Shown piece by piece: positions 21,601-31,400 of a DNA stretch of 64,000 bases; position 1 is the first letter of the stretch; each line of letters opens with the position of its first letter. The stretch lies in assembly GCA_047946875.1 (NCBI GenBank), contig CP181398.1, forward strand, positions 15,154-79,153. The letters run 5' to 3'. This DNA comes from Candidatus Kerfeldbacteria bacterium (GTDB lineage: Bacteria > Patescibacteriota > Patescibacteriia > UBA10025 > JAHIVO01). The position numbers were made by a program, and so were the translations under genes. Below the pieces are notes generated by a model. It did not search any database. It had not been told where the DNA came from and was given only the letters and a program-made list of their open reading frames with translations.

Positions 21601-22151
21601 TTGAGGGTAATTATTTCAACAATATTTCCATTGATTCCAACTATATGTATCTGGCAGGAACATTACAGTTGCCATCAGAGCATTTACGCATAGAAAAACG
21701 CCTGCTTTCTACAGGTGCGCTGTGTACGGCTGCTGAATGTGGTCAGGAATTTGGTACGAATGGTGTAGAAACAGAGGCAGTGGATAGGTATTATTCTACA
21801 ACCGATATTGCCGTTGATCCTACATATATGTATGTGGCTTTTAATTATGGAGCTGTTGGTAGTACTCACTGGCGCATAGAAAAACGTCTGCTTTCCGATG
21901 GTACTTTGGACCCGGGTTTTGGTTATGACTGCTCAACAAATGCTTGCTATTTTACGGGTAATGGCGTAGTAATTGGATCTACATATAGTCAAGTTCCTTA
22001 TGCTATTCAGATTGATTCTACATATATGTATGTAGTTGGTGAAGATGATATAGTCCCTGCTAATCACAACTGGCGTATAGAAAAACGCCTGCTTTCAACT
22101 GGCGGTGTAGCTGTTGGTGAAAGTCAAACACTGATGTGTCGTCCGTTATAA
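15672..22151 (+). CDS. Secreted fibre-like adhesin B (2159 aa) with multiple propellers and Cys-rich inserts
   Basis: Signal peptide ending VNA; same scaffold motifs as A; FDGxxIW blades; 14 WRIEKRL repeats. Confidence 0.85.
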   Translation: MEFLFSKIKKIKIKYIYYTFVIVVIAVIGIEKVNAQWEIPTNLPPDSNIFVPLNVGPYKQAKEGGLLLDPLFNPYGAEPDIDYSLEVRGSQDAYINNFEIIPGGKLIVDTDTLYVDGEFDQVGIGTSTFELSSTLEVHGGSVNIGQEGVGNGVAGIGLTVNSNTERELIIADSNSNTDPTVFGQGIIDSNGNGVYGLNVANGVGISAISNDASAVVGTVSSAYDPTEPIVVAGIYGNATGLGAWAGYFQQRLFGTGEIVANKFLPNRLQSSEVPYTTGWKKSDITDSELIDVNYMTFDRQYIWALGGYWSSINPEHVLIIDPDNMGVVDKIILSNNDHYLVDIIDGGGYIWVAHNYNYGSNHQAAVTRIDPADVHNFQTTYIYPDAGSSGNNDSESVKLLYDDETLDGPYIWVLNKLNYDPVHSITQLDMDGNVVVTFSISDLANGGNKCSRYNNYLYSDTDHCDDRLDNDDDGIIDNGLCEYNALTTPIVTDSATCGIAGGTWVEACTDRIFDNQIDCEAGSAVWAETCSNSSCSDSDECTLCGGAGVWDSVGEVCPADLNCNTQVTCEGTVTCDGIWTAGDDQCLADTPLGVCAPTISLTTWGECINAGETWTWNTASGPANIDERIVDAYIGVPSGLTLDGDGNVWVTFRGSPDWDYRDIFSGEGYAKFNASDPELAVDQYVYCSGPETSPSGIAYDELNDQMWITYDPSTMHDNRGLSKVDVSNGQVTGFISDNFGAQIKYFMGSPSGPSIWINGGGSIIKIDPDTNVVENTRYIYGHDFDFDERDPANPQILRTTGDNAVILKHTMEDPYTTSTNVILGASSEKLLFDGTNIWSSNYGTNTLTKYSAQGAEKLGVYDVGVSTDQMISDGQAIWVPFEEYWTTKYKRIDILNGNVDEYELVPDLGNTHHTLDTVFDGKNIWQSVFSEDRESMIIKVDLSSCDLATKLCSVGSVFNYPDTLDGPEKLIFDGEFIWAFNHHEPKVYKFSTDPITIEAEITVSDILSAPYVDHHYSRMNAVEFDGTDIWVGAYYTDSDGNSIYKFNPEGINNDGDHGICSNDSSISCNLTSDCGGNACNVVINGKYSVLNMPGECSVSEDSCIMDSDCGGSETCDGMWTGVTSLTFDGINMWATHEGFGDHDSTGDECKDKLDNDGNGQCDYDGAVGYPGCSGKPDPGCSDPDTDTLEITGRNSRYEGSNKVLTRIVVATGEIVESVSINPIKYSSTYVYDAAFDGQNIWLGGSGFNGNTLVQFYSGSGFNDTDYINNLILRNNIPLLSQYRQAGSFAMAGSMNIGNKLIVKGDLVVQNNTWGGAADNVKDFGVGCDDGEFMKGIGFTNAGVYTSEVDSEKAHDVALDSTYMYAVGWNYDAVKSWRIEKRLKATGELDTNFGYDCSSGSCNFTGDGVIIGYSSSDMAQAISIDSTYMYVVGSRASSNWRIEKRLLSTGELDSGFGAGGVIEGNVVTDDARGISIDSTYMYVVGDTDGGDWRIEKRLLSTGALDTSFGYDCSSAPCNFTGDGIITGDSDSLYARDIEIDSDFMYVVGWDDDTDNYLRIEKRLLSTGELDASFGSGGVINGTITENLGYSIILDSTYMYISEYFPATGLRIEKRLLSTGALCTEAECGQEFGIGGAIITSSYPGHDIAVDSMYMYVSMSLNNNWHIEKRLLSTGALDTSFGYDCSSGVCAFTGDGIISGFTESDRAYGIKIDSTYMYVVGDDDIGYDWRIEKRLLTTGAVAAEIDGAVPTGIYTSDTTSAQAFDIAVDSTYMYTVGYNDGDDWRIEKRLISNGILDSGFGTSGVVTGAASSSFAYAIEIDSIYMYVSGHDGSNNWRIEKRLLSTGELDASFGYDCSSGVCAFTGNGIISGFAESNRAYGIDIDSTYMYVVGDTDGDDWRIEKRLLSTGELDASFDTDGVVAGDAASYQAWDIEIDTNSMYVIGWDDDATNYLRIEKRLLSTGALDTTFDTDGVVNGTIEGNYFNNISIDSNYMYLAGTLQLPSEHLRIEKRLLSTGALCTAAECGQEFGTNGVETEAVDRYYSTTDIAVDPTYMYVAFNYGAVGSTHWRIEKRLLSDGTLDPGFGYDCSTNACYFTGNGVVIGSTYSQVPYAIQIDSTYMYVVGEDDIVPANHNWRIEKRLLSTGGVAVGESQTLMCRPL
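19700..22110 (+). repeat. 14 intragenic repeats (two putative 7-bladed propellers)
   Basis: IDSTYMYVVG..WRIEKRLLSTG units; DNA core gcatagaaaaacgcctgctttctac near-identical at ~155-200 bp spacing. Confidence 0.9.
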
Positions 22152-22196
22152 AAAATGAATAATTTATCCCCCTGCAGGGGATTATAATAAAAAATT

Positions 22197-24539
22197 ATGG
22201 ATTATAATAAAAAAAATAAATTTATAAAAAAAATCACATTTTATAGTATATTTTTTGTAATTGTTTTTTCTGTTGTAGGGATAAAAATAGTTAATGCCGA
22301 ATGGATAGAGCCAAGCAGTCAACCACCTAGTGAAGTCTTTTATGCTCCGATAACTACAACTTCAGAACCACAAGCTAAGGATGGATATTTATTAATCGAT
22401 CCTGTTGATTATCATCCAAGTGATGATAGTTCGTTAGGTTTTAATATAGATAAACCATTAGTTGTGCGTGGAGAGGGTATAAATTTTGAAACACAAAATG
22501 TCTATAATGATAAATTGATTGTAAATACTGATACTTTATATGTTGATCCATTTTTGTATGCTGATCCGTGGGTAGGGATAGGTACAACTAGCAGGGTAAG
22601 TAATGAGAAGTTAACCATTTTTGGTCAGACAGTCCAGATTGGTACTTCGGATGATCCAATTAATGATAGGGCATTGAGTAGTTATAGCGCTGATGATGTT
22701 GGTATTTATGTAGAAACAGGTGGAATAAGTAGAGCAGGTATTTATGCCATAAAAACAAGCAATAATAGTAGAGCAATCTATGGTCAAAGTCTTGGTAGTA
22801 ATGTAGGGGTAAGAGGAGAAAGTACTTACGGATATGGTATCTATGCCAGTACTGATTCAACTAATTATGGAGCGGTCTATGGCAGTAATAGTGGTTCTGG
22901 TTTTGCAGGATATTTTGATGGGCCAGTTAATTCAGTTTCAGATATGATTGCTGATGTATTTTTACCAAGAAAATTACAAAAATCATTAATTTCATATGTT
23001 TCTGGAAACCACGTAAGCTCAACACCGATTGGAAATTTCCCTCCAGCAGAAATTAGCGGTGGAAATGTGATATTTGACGGTGATTATGTTTGGGTGGGAG
23101 TTAATAATGGAAGGGATACTAATGATGTAGAACTTTTCAAAGTAAGGGCATCAGATGGAGTATTAATGGATTCTTTCGCAATACCTGACGCATGGTCAAT
23201 TTTAGAAATGGAATTTGATGGAAGATATATTTGGATATTGGGATACTATGCAAATATTACTAGATTTGATACGGTCACTGGAACTTCAATTTATTTGGAT
23301 GATACTGACAGTGGGTTGGTTCCGGGTGGTGCGGAAAATATTGAACTGATAAAAGTAGGTGATGAAATATATTTGTTTGTAGGAGAGAATATTGCCGGTG
23401 GTAATGATTTAATAATAATAAAAACAAGTGCATTTGATGGTTGGACGGATATTGATGATCTCAGGGAAATAATAAATTTGGATCCTTGGGCTACAAATGT
23501 AAAAGAAATTGTTTCAGATGGTGAGTATATATGGTTGGGGGATATAACCGGAGAAAATTTAGTACGGATGTGGGCAGAAGATCCGGATCAGAATGTAGAC
23601 ACTACACATCCTGTTTTGACAATTGATATGACAACTGCTGATTATTCATGCCTACCTTTTGGAATATTTTTTGACGGTTCATATATATGGTGTTTGCCAC
23701 GCGAACAAGCAGGAAACTATTTTGTGAGAATATGGGCTGAAGATCCAAGTGATGAAAGACATCCGATAACAAGTTATGATTTTTCTGACGATGGGAAATA
23801 CAATACTATGGTTTTTGACGGAACATATTTATGGACAAATAATTATTTAGAAGGAGAATTAAAGAGAATATTGGCTGCTGATCCGGCAAGCTATGATAAT
23901 ACCAAAGATACCTTTATAATGGGATTTGAAAGCCATGAAAATATGGTTTTTGATGGAACATATTTATGGCTTGTAGAAGATGGAAACCAGCCATATTTGC
24001 ATAAGTATTTCTCTGGAACCGGTATGGGGCATACCAATCTAGGAAGTATTGTAGAATTAGATAAAGTTTCTGGATATTGTTCAGTAACTACTACACAGCA
24101 ATGCTTATATGACTGGCAATGCCCAGATTCAGAAACATGTGATGCGGGAAATACAGTTCAGTCGGGTGATGTATACATTGAAGATTCTGCATTTTCTTAC
24201 AATAATCATTGTTATGCAAATCTAACGCATCATTATGACCGATCTTGTGCTACAGCTACAGTAGCTAGTGATTGTAATGGTTTATTAAATCCTACATGTG
24301 TGGGCGGAGATCTGAGGGTAGTAGATGATGTTCAGGTAGAAAATAATAAATGGGGTGGTATATGTGAGGATGGAATAACAGCCTGTACATCTAATGCTGA
24401 TTGTAGCGTTGCTTGTTATGGTGGTACTGTCGCCGTGGATGTTGATGGCAATGCTTCTTGTGATGATGGTGATTATATGAGCGGGGTAGAATTAGATATT
24501 AATGGTGAAATAATTAATATATATTGTTGGGAATTGTAA
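22197..24539 (+). CDS. Secreted fibre-like adhesin C (780 aa)
   Basis: Signal peptide ending VNA; WIEPSSQPP..QAKDGYL; FAGYFDG; FDGxYxW blades; Cys-rich C-terminus. Confidence 0.85.
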   Translation: MDYNKKNKFIKKITFYSIFFVIVFSVVGIKIVNAEWIEPSSQPPSEVFYAPITTTSEPQAKDGYLLIDPVDYHPSDDSSLGFNIDKPLVVRGEGINFETQNVYNDKLIVNTDTLYVDPFLYADPWVGIGTTSRVSNEKLTIFGQTVQIGTSDDPINDRALSSYSADDVGIYVETGGISRAGIYAIKTSNNSRAIYGQSLGSNVGVRGESTYGYGIYASTDSTNYGAVYGSNSGSGFAGYFDGPVNSVSDMIADVFLPRKLQKSLISYVSGNHVSSTPIGNFPPAEISGGNVIFDGDYVWVGVNNGRDTNDVELFKVRASDGVLMDSFAIPDAWSILEMEFDGRYIWILGYYANITRFDTVTGTSIYLDDTDSGLVPGGAENIELIKVGDEIYLFVGENIAGGNDLIIIKTSAFDGWTDIDDLREIINLDPWATNVKEIVSDGEYIWLGDITGENLVRMWAEDPDQNVDTTHPVLTIDMTTADYSCLPFGIFFDGSYIWCLPREQAGNYFVRIWAEDPSDERHPITSYDFSDDGKYNTMVFDGTYLWTNNYLEGELKRILAADPASYDNTKDTFIMGFESHENMVFDGTYLWLVEDGNQPYLHKYFSGTGMGHTNLGSIVELDKVSGYCSVTTTQQCLYDWQCPDSETCDAGNTVQSGDVYIEDSAFSYNNHCYANLTHHYDRSCATATVASDCNGLLNPTCVGGDLRVVDDVQVENNKWGGICEDGITACTSNADCSVACYGGTVAVDVDGNASCDDGDYMSGVELDINGEIINIYCWEL

Positions 24540-24556
24540 ATTAATATTTAAATAAA

Positions 24557-24621
24557 GGACGCCTCCGCTAAAGGTGTTCGGGGAAACAAGTTTATATTCA
24601 TCCCCGACAAGTTGGGGTATC
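24557..24621. repeat. REP doublet left of the transposase
   Basis: Degenerate GGACGCC..GTTCGGGG followed by inverted CCCCGACAAGTTGGGGTATC. Confidence 0.65.
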
Positions 24622-24663
24622 TATAGGTTTAGAAGAGACACCTAAAATGATAAATGAATAATT

Positions 24664-25191
24664 ATGCATTTTAAGAAATTTCATCCGCCACATCTATATT
24701 TGGACAATTGTACTTATTTTTTAAGTAGTCGTACCCTTGATAAAAAAAGATATTTTAATACAGATCATAAAAAAGGAATTTTAGCAGATATTTTAAAAAG
24801 TGCTAGTAAAAGATACAAAATTATTTTATACGGTTGGGTTATTTTGGAAAATCATTATCATCTTTTAATTAAAGTAGATAATAAAAAGCAATTAATTAAT
24901 TTTATTAAGACGTTACATGGCAAAAGCGCGATTGAGTTGAATAAATTTGAGAATAAACCTAAAAGGAAAATCTGGGTAAATTACTGGGACAAATGTGTTG
25001 AGAGTGAAAAAGATTTTCATACACATTTAAACTATATACATCATAATCCCATTAAACATAAATATGTAAAAGATATGAGTGATTATAAATATTCAAGTTA
25101 TCAATATTATTTAAGTAAATATGGTTACGAGTGGTTAGAAAATTGTTTTTATATATATCCAATAATTGATTTTACTTCGCAAGATATTTAA
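24664..25191 (+). mobile_element. REP-associated tyrosine transposase (RAYT, Y1/HUH, IS200-like)
   Basis: TYFLS..GWVILENHYHLL (HUH)..NYIHHNP..YKYSS motifs; flanked by REP-like palindromes. Confidence 0.88.
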
Positions 25192-25207
25192 TAAATTATA
25201 AATTTGA

Positions 25208-25403
25208 GGACGCCCAAACTTGTTTGGGGAGGAAGTAAGTAAGTACCCCTCAACAAGTTGAGGCATCCATCAGGTAAAATCGAGTCGGGGTATCCACTGG
25301 TTAGAAAAGGGACGCCCGAATTCGTTTGGGAAATAAGTTAACAATTATCCCCCGACAAGTCGCCCGTCTGCAACGCAAGCTTGCGAGCGGGCAGAGGGCA
25401 TCC
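25208..25403. repeat. REP cluster right of the transposase (two inverted doublets plus one partial copy)
   Basis: GGACGCCCAAACTTGTTTGGGG / CCCCTCAACAAGTTGAGGCATCC; GGACGCCCGAATTCGTTTGGG / CCCCGACAAGT[insert]GGGCATCC. Confidence 0.8.
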
Positions 25404-25460
25404 GTCAGGAAAGTATAAGTTGAGGTGAACAGTAAATAAATAAGCTATAATTATATATAA

Positions 25461-28400
25461 ATGTCCAAATTAACTAAAAAAAGTATACAAGTATTAATAA
25501 TTCTTTGTGTTGCGGTAGTTTTAGCTGCCGGGTTATTTAGTTTGATTTATTTTACTCAACATACCCCTCAACAAAAACATTATGTGATTAAGGAAGTGCC
25601 ACCTGATCCTGAAACAGTGATTGACAAAGTAGTACAGGAATCGGGTAGGAATTATATTGATAAGCGGGATGATGAAGGCAATCTTGTTTTTAACGAGGAT
25701 GGTGCTCTAACGCGTATTTTTTACGGGGCTGATATTTTTTATCAAACAGAAGATGGGGATTATCAGGATATTGATACGACAATTGTGACAGCACAGGGAG
25801 ATTATGATTATGAAAATACAACTAATGTTTCTAAAACGTATTTCAAAGCAGAAACTCAGGAAGATGATTTTATAAAATATGAAGTGGCTGGTGAGAGGGG
25901 TGTAACTTTTTCTTTTGCAGGGGTTGATAAATCAACACCAGAAGTAAGTAGTAATACTATTACATATCCCGATATTTATGAGGGTATTGATGCAAAATAC
26001 ACGATTTCAGGCAGCAAGATTTTGGAAGAGCTGATAGTTGAAGAAGAGCCAATAGTTGACCGAATAGACCAGAATATTAAACTACAGGACGTTTATTACA
26101 AAGAGCAGGATAATGGCTCAATAACATTCCATGATAATGCAACTGGTCATATAGTATTTTTTGCTATTCAACCCATAATGTATGAATTGGAAGAAAGTAC
26201 GGGTTTTAAGAAACAAATTGATGAAAGTGAATCAATGGAAGTGGAAAACCTGACATTTAGTTATGGGTTGCATTATGAAATAACAGAGGCGGATAATGGT
26301 GATATTGTTATAAGTAAAGTAATTGATGATGAGGGCAGGAAGTGGCTGGAGCAGGCAAACTATCCAGTGGCTATTGATTTTACTTTTTCGGCTATTGATT
26401 CGACTGTGGCTCTCTCGGGGGAGTCTTTAAGACACAACTGGAGTGGTACTAATTATTATATGACTACCCCAGCTACTATATCACGAGTAGGAAATTTAAA
26501 TACTAGTGTGGCTAGGTGGTATTATCGTAGCTTTTTTAGTTTTGATACTGGCTCAGAATGGGCTAGTTATGGAAGTAGTGATATTGTAGGAGCAAAATTT
26601 ACATTTTATATGTGGAAAACAGGTACCTGTAGTAACTGTGCAGTTTATGATTATCAAGGCGATTGTAGGTGGAATACCCATCCGTGTTGGCAGCATCGAT
26701 GTGGATTGTGTACCAATGCTGGGGGGGATGTAGGTGAGGAGTCGGCCAGTGGGATATCTGCCAACTCTGGCGCTGATATATGGGACAGTCTTCCTTATCA
26801 TCCCGGAGGAAATGGTTTTTCTGATGCCTATTATAATGTAGTTATGACACCTGAAGGAGCTGTTGATCTGAATGGCATACCAACAACACAAGCTGAATGT
26901 TCAGCAAATCCAGATGACTGCAAAAGAGAAGTATTTGTTGGCATTGATTCAGTTAGCCAGACTGGAGAAACACAAATTGCCCTTTTTGATACAAGTGGCT
27001 TAACGGTAAATGAAGGCAACTGGAAAGGGGTTAGAACTTTTAATTCAGGCAGTGGTGCCCTGGATCCAACTCTGGAAGTAGTTTATATGCCAAAGTTTGA
27101 TATCAATGTAGTGCCTCTTGATTCTGATGAAATGTTAACTATTGAGTGGGATGATAATAGTGATAATGAATCAGGATGGGAGCTTCAGCGGTGTATAGAT
27201 CCAACTCCAGTGGATCCACCTTTTGAATGTGATGATTCTGATTATTTTGATGCGAATCATGTATCTTTTTCTCCTATTCCAACCGGTGATTCAAGCGACT
27301 CATGTGGGACTGATTGCACCTATACGTGTACTACAACGGAAGTAGAAACTGTCGGTGGTTGTACGATAGACAATGATGGTCTTGAATCAGATTCGTTGTA
27401 TTATTATCGGGGTCGTATTATCCATGTTTCTGACCTAGTTTCTGGCCCAACGTCTGTGTGGAGTGAAGACGATGATGGTTCAGGATATAATCATGAGTGG
27501 ACCAGGGCAACTGAGATCCTTTCATCAGTCCTTGAATTATCTTCACCTGTTTGGGATAGTCTGAGGATTTATGGAGGTGGTAGTCCAACTGATGCTTATA
27601 TTGATTCTCACGTAAATTCAAATCCACTTCATACAAAATATGCTTTGGGTGTAAGAGATGAAGATACTTGGAGAAATTGTTTTGCGGAAGATTCGGGTGG
27701 TGGGATATATACATTTCAACTCCCAATAACTACTAATCCGTATACAGTTGATTTTGCGCATAATATGGTTTGGTGGATGACGGATGTATTTGGCTGGCAA
27801 ATGACAGCAGCAATAAATGTTGAAAGTACTGATGATTGTCAAATATATCCTAATCGTGAATTTAAACTTTGTGAATGGGCACAGGATACCAGAAGCCCAG
27901 ATAATTATTTAAATACTCCTACTTCTTATGAGAATTGTAGCTTGGATACTGGGAAAGCTTATAGCCGAGCACGTGACCCTTCTCCACCAACTTTTATTAA
28001 CAATGACCCTTATGGTGGTTATTTTCCTGCAATTACTGTACAAATGGATACTACGCCATTTAGCCTGCCTGTAACGACTCTTAATCCTTCTGATACAGAG
28101 TATGCCATGTCGGTAACTAATGTGAATACAGGTAAAACTAAATTTTTTGGGGATACATCAGATCTTCAAGAGTGGACTATGGGTCAACCTGTGATTCCTG
28201 ATTGGGGCACGCAGTTTCTATGGAATAATAATAATCCTCGCACTGTTTATAATTTGGAGTCGGCAACCTGCTATAAGTTTAGAGCAATATCCAAAAATGG
28301 AGAGCCCACAGAGGTGGGAGAGGTGGGAGAGGATGAGTCGTGGGGTTTTCCTGATTCTGATGAATTTCCGTCAGAAGCGGAAGGTGGTTTTACCGATGAT

Positions 28401-31400
28401 TTATGGTCGGTAGGATATCCGTCAGAGGAATATTGTACTCCTTTATCACCACCAGACCAACCAACTGTAACTTGTGGCTTTAACCAAGAAAAAAGTATTA
28501 TAATAAAGCCGAAGGTATTATCTCAATTGATAAATGATGATGATAAATCAATTTTAAGTATAAAAACAGCAAATGCTTCAGTAAAACTCGCTGATGCAAA
28601 TAGTGAAGGTTATTATTGTGATGTTAGTTTTACAGATGATATAAATACAGGAACAATTTATTATAAAATTCAGCGTTGCGCTCGAAGTGATATAGGGTCT
28701 TGTGCGGATGGAGATTTTATTACAGTCAGCTCAAATAGTACTCTTAAATCATTTATTGATGAGAGCGTCTTTCCTGGTTTAGCATGTGATATTAATAACG
28801 AAGTTTATGAATATAGAGTCCAGGCTGATAATACCATAGTAGAACCTTCAGATTGGTCAACCGTGGCAGAAGATATATTACCACCATGTCAACCAACACC
28901 CGCGCCAACTGCAAATAATTTTCAGAAACAGACTATGACATTTAATTGGACGGCACCATTATTTGGATCTCCAATTTCTGGGTTTAATAGTGGTTATTAC
29001 ACATATTTACTTGATAGTCCTACGGATCTTTCACCAGTCAAGAGATTTCAATCGGTTCTATTTTTGACAACCTACACTCCTCTTCCTTCTTTATATACAA
29101 ATACTCCTTATTATTTTGAAGTTTCTGGTGTTGATGATAGATCAAGGGAAGGTGTTCGTTCACCACAAGGTGGCCCATTTTATACTTTAGCTGATAATCC
29201 AAATTTTACGGTAGAATGTGGTTATGATAGTTCTGATTATTGCACAGTAGATATAACTAATCATGGTTTAAATGATGTCGAGAATCATCCACCTGATTAT
29301 TGTTTAAGTAGAAAAGTTGGTTCTAGTTCTAGTTGGCGATATTATAACTATGAAAAGAGTAATTGGGGTATATCTGGTCCGGCAACTTGTGATGGACAAA
29401 CTTCAGATTATTGGCGAAGTGCTAAAACTGATTATACAACTTCTTGGAGTTTAACAGATTATAATTTAACTTGTAATACTTTATATACTTATAGAATAGA
29501 AGCAAAAAACGATGTAGGAATTGTGACACCTTCTCCTCACGAAGAATCTGATACTACGACTATTTGCCCACCGTTAAATGTTAGACATACTTATAATGGA
29601 TATTTAAGTGGATACAGAATTAGAGTGGCTTGGGATAATCCACCACCAACTATACCACCAACATTACCTGATGAAATAAGGATTTATAAAGATGCTACTT
29701 GTGGAGGAGATTATGAAGTTATGCCTACTGGGTCAACAGAAACAGATAATAGTACTGATCCAAATTATGGTACCGATGCATCGTTATATGCTAATATTGA
29801 GAAGCCATATAGTGTTTGTTATTATAAGGATGGAGTTTTAGGTAGGCCAGGAGATGGAGATTTGAATGCTTATACATCTATTCAAACACCTACGGGTGTT
29901 AGTTTTAGCAGCGTAACAAAAGATTCAATGGTTGTTAATTATCGGGGAACTTTAACACGTCTTAGTGGAAATAGTTTAGATTTCTATATGTCTTATACTA
30001 ATGGAGGGTCTGGTGGGAGCAATCCTTCATGGATACCAGGATCCTATAATGATACAGGATTATCGACAAATTATCAGTATTGCTATAGGGTGAGAGCAAA
30101 GAATAATGAAACTGGAGCATATACGACTGGTGATTACACAAACTACGGTCCAGCAGGTGATCAAGATGATTGTAAATATACTCTTGCTAGTATACCAAAG
30201 CGTCCGGTTCGTAGTCAGGTTGATTCGTCAACTGTCAATGTGATTATTAGAGAAGGTGATGGTAATCCTCACGGAATAGGATTAGCAGATGATACAGATT
30301 ATGCAATTTGTGTGACAGAGTATAATATTGATGGTTCTGTATATCAAGAAGGTTATGTCCAAAATAATAATACTGTGAATTGGTTACCACCGCCTGAAAA
30401 ATGTGGAGATAGTGATACGGGAGTATCTTGGGATACTAGAGCGGGTTGGGGATTGGATAGTGGAGTGGATATTACTGGAGTTGAATCATCTAAAAAATTT
30501 GGATTTTCTGTAAAAGCAAGAAATGGTGATGATATAAATACAAATTTTGGTCCAGAGGCAACATTATTTTTAGTTAAGAATAATGTTGTAGGTTGGGCTT
30601 GGTCTGCAAATATTGGATGGGTATCATTAAATTGTCTTAATTTTTTCAAAGACCAAGACTATGGATTTAGTTGTGATCCAGGAGAACATTGGGGAATAAA
30701 TACAAGTTATGAGCCTACTAGGACAATTAATCCTGTAGAAGGGTATGCTTGGTCAGCATCTGGTCAGGCGCTGAAGGAAACTCTGAGTATTTCTGAAACT
30801 ACTCAGATTGGAGTAAATGCAGGTCCAAAAGGAATTACTTATGACTCAGAAACTCCTGGTGGACCGTATGTGTGGGGAGTAGTTTGGGCTAGTGATCATA
30901 TTTTGTTCAGATTGAATTCAGTTGATTTAACATTTGATACTTTTTTGATTGGTACGGCTGGTGATGACCTTAGAGATATAGTATTAGCTAATGGATATTT
31001 ATGGATTACTGCAAACACAACAGGTAAGCTGTATAAAGTGGATCCCGCAAATCCATCAGGCGGAGCGGTAGATACTTTGGATTTTGAAACTTCCGCTTTT
31101 ATATCTGGTTGTGCTTCTGAGGATTGCCATCCATTTCATATTGCTTATGACGGAACAGATTTGTGGATTAGTAATGATGTAGCTAATAATGAAGGTTTGA
31201 TATTTCGGGTGAACACTAATGATGGTTTGGAACGTAATTGTGACGGTACGGAATTTTCTGGTAATAATAACGATCGATGTAATTTGGGGACAACTTATTC
31301 TGGCTGGCCGTTTGTGCTTAATAATGATGTTTGGGTAGTTAATAAGTTACCATTAGGTGTTTCTAAAATTTCTATTGCTGATGGAAGTATTTCTTCTTAT

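Noticed and set aside
19790-22100. Regularly spaced ~27-bp near-identical repeats resembling a CRISPR array
   Set aside because: Spacing is ~155-200 bp, the repeats are in frame within a long ORF, the intervening sequences are homologous to each other, and no cas genes are present
12646-24539. Prophage tail-fibre region
   Set aside because: The proteins carry Sec-type signal peptides, and there are no capsid, terminase, baseplate or integrase genes
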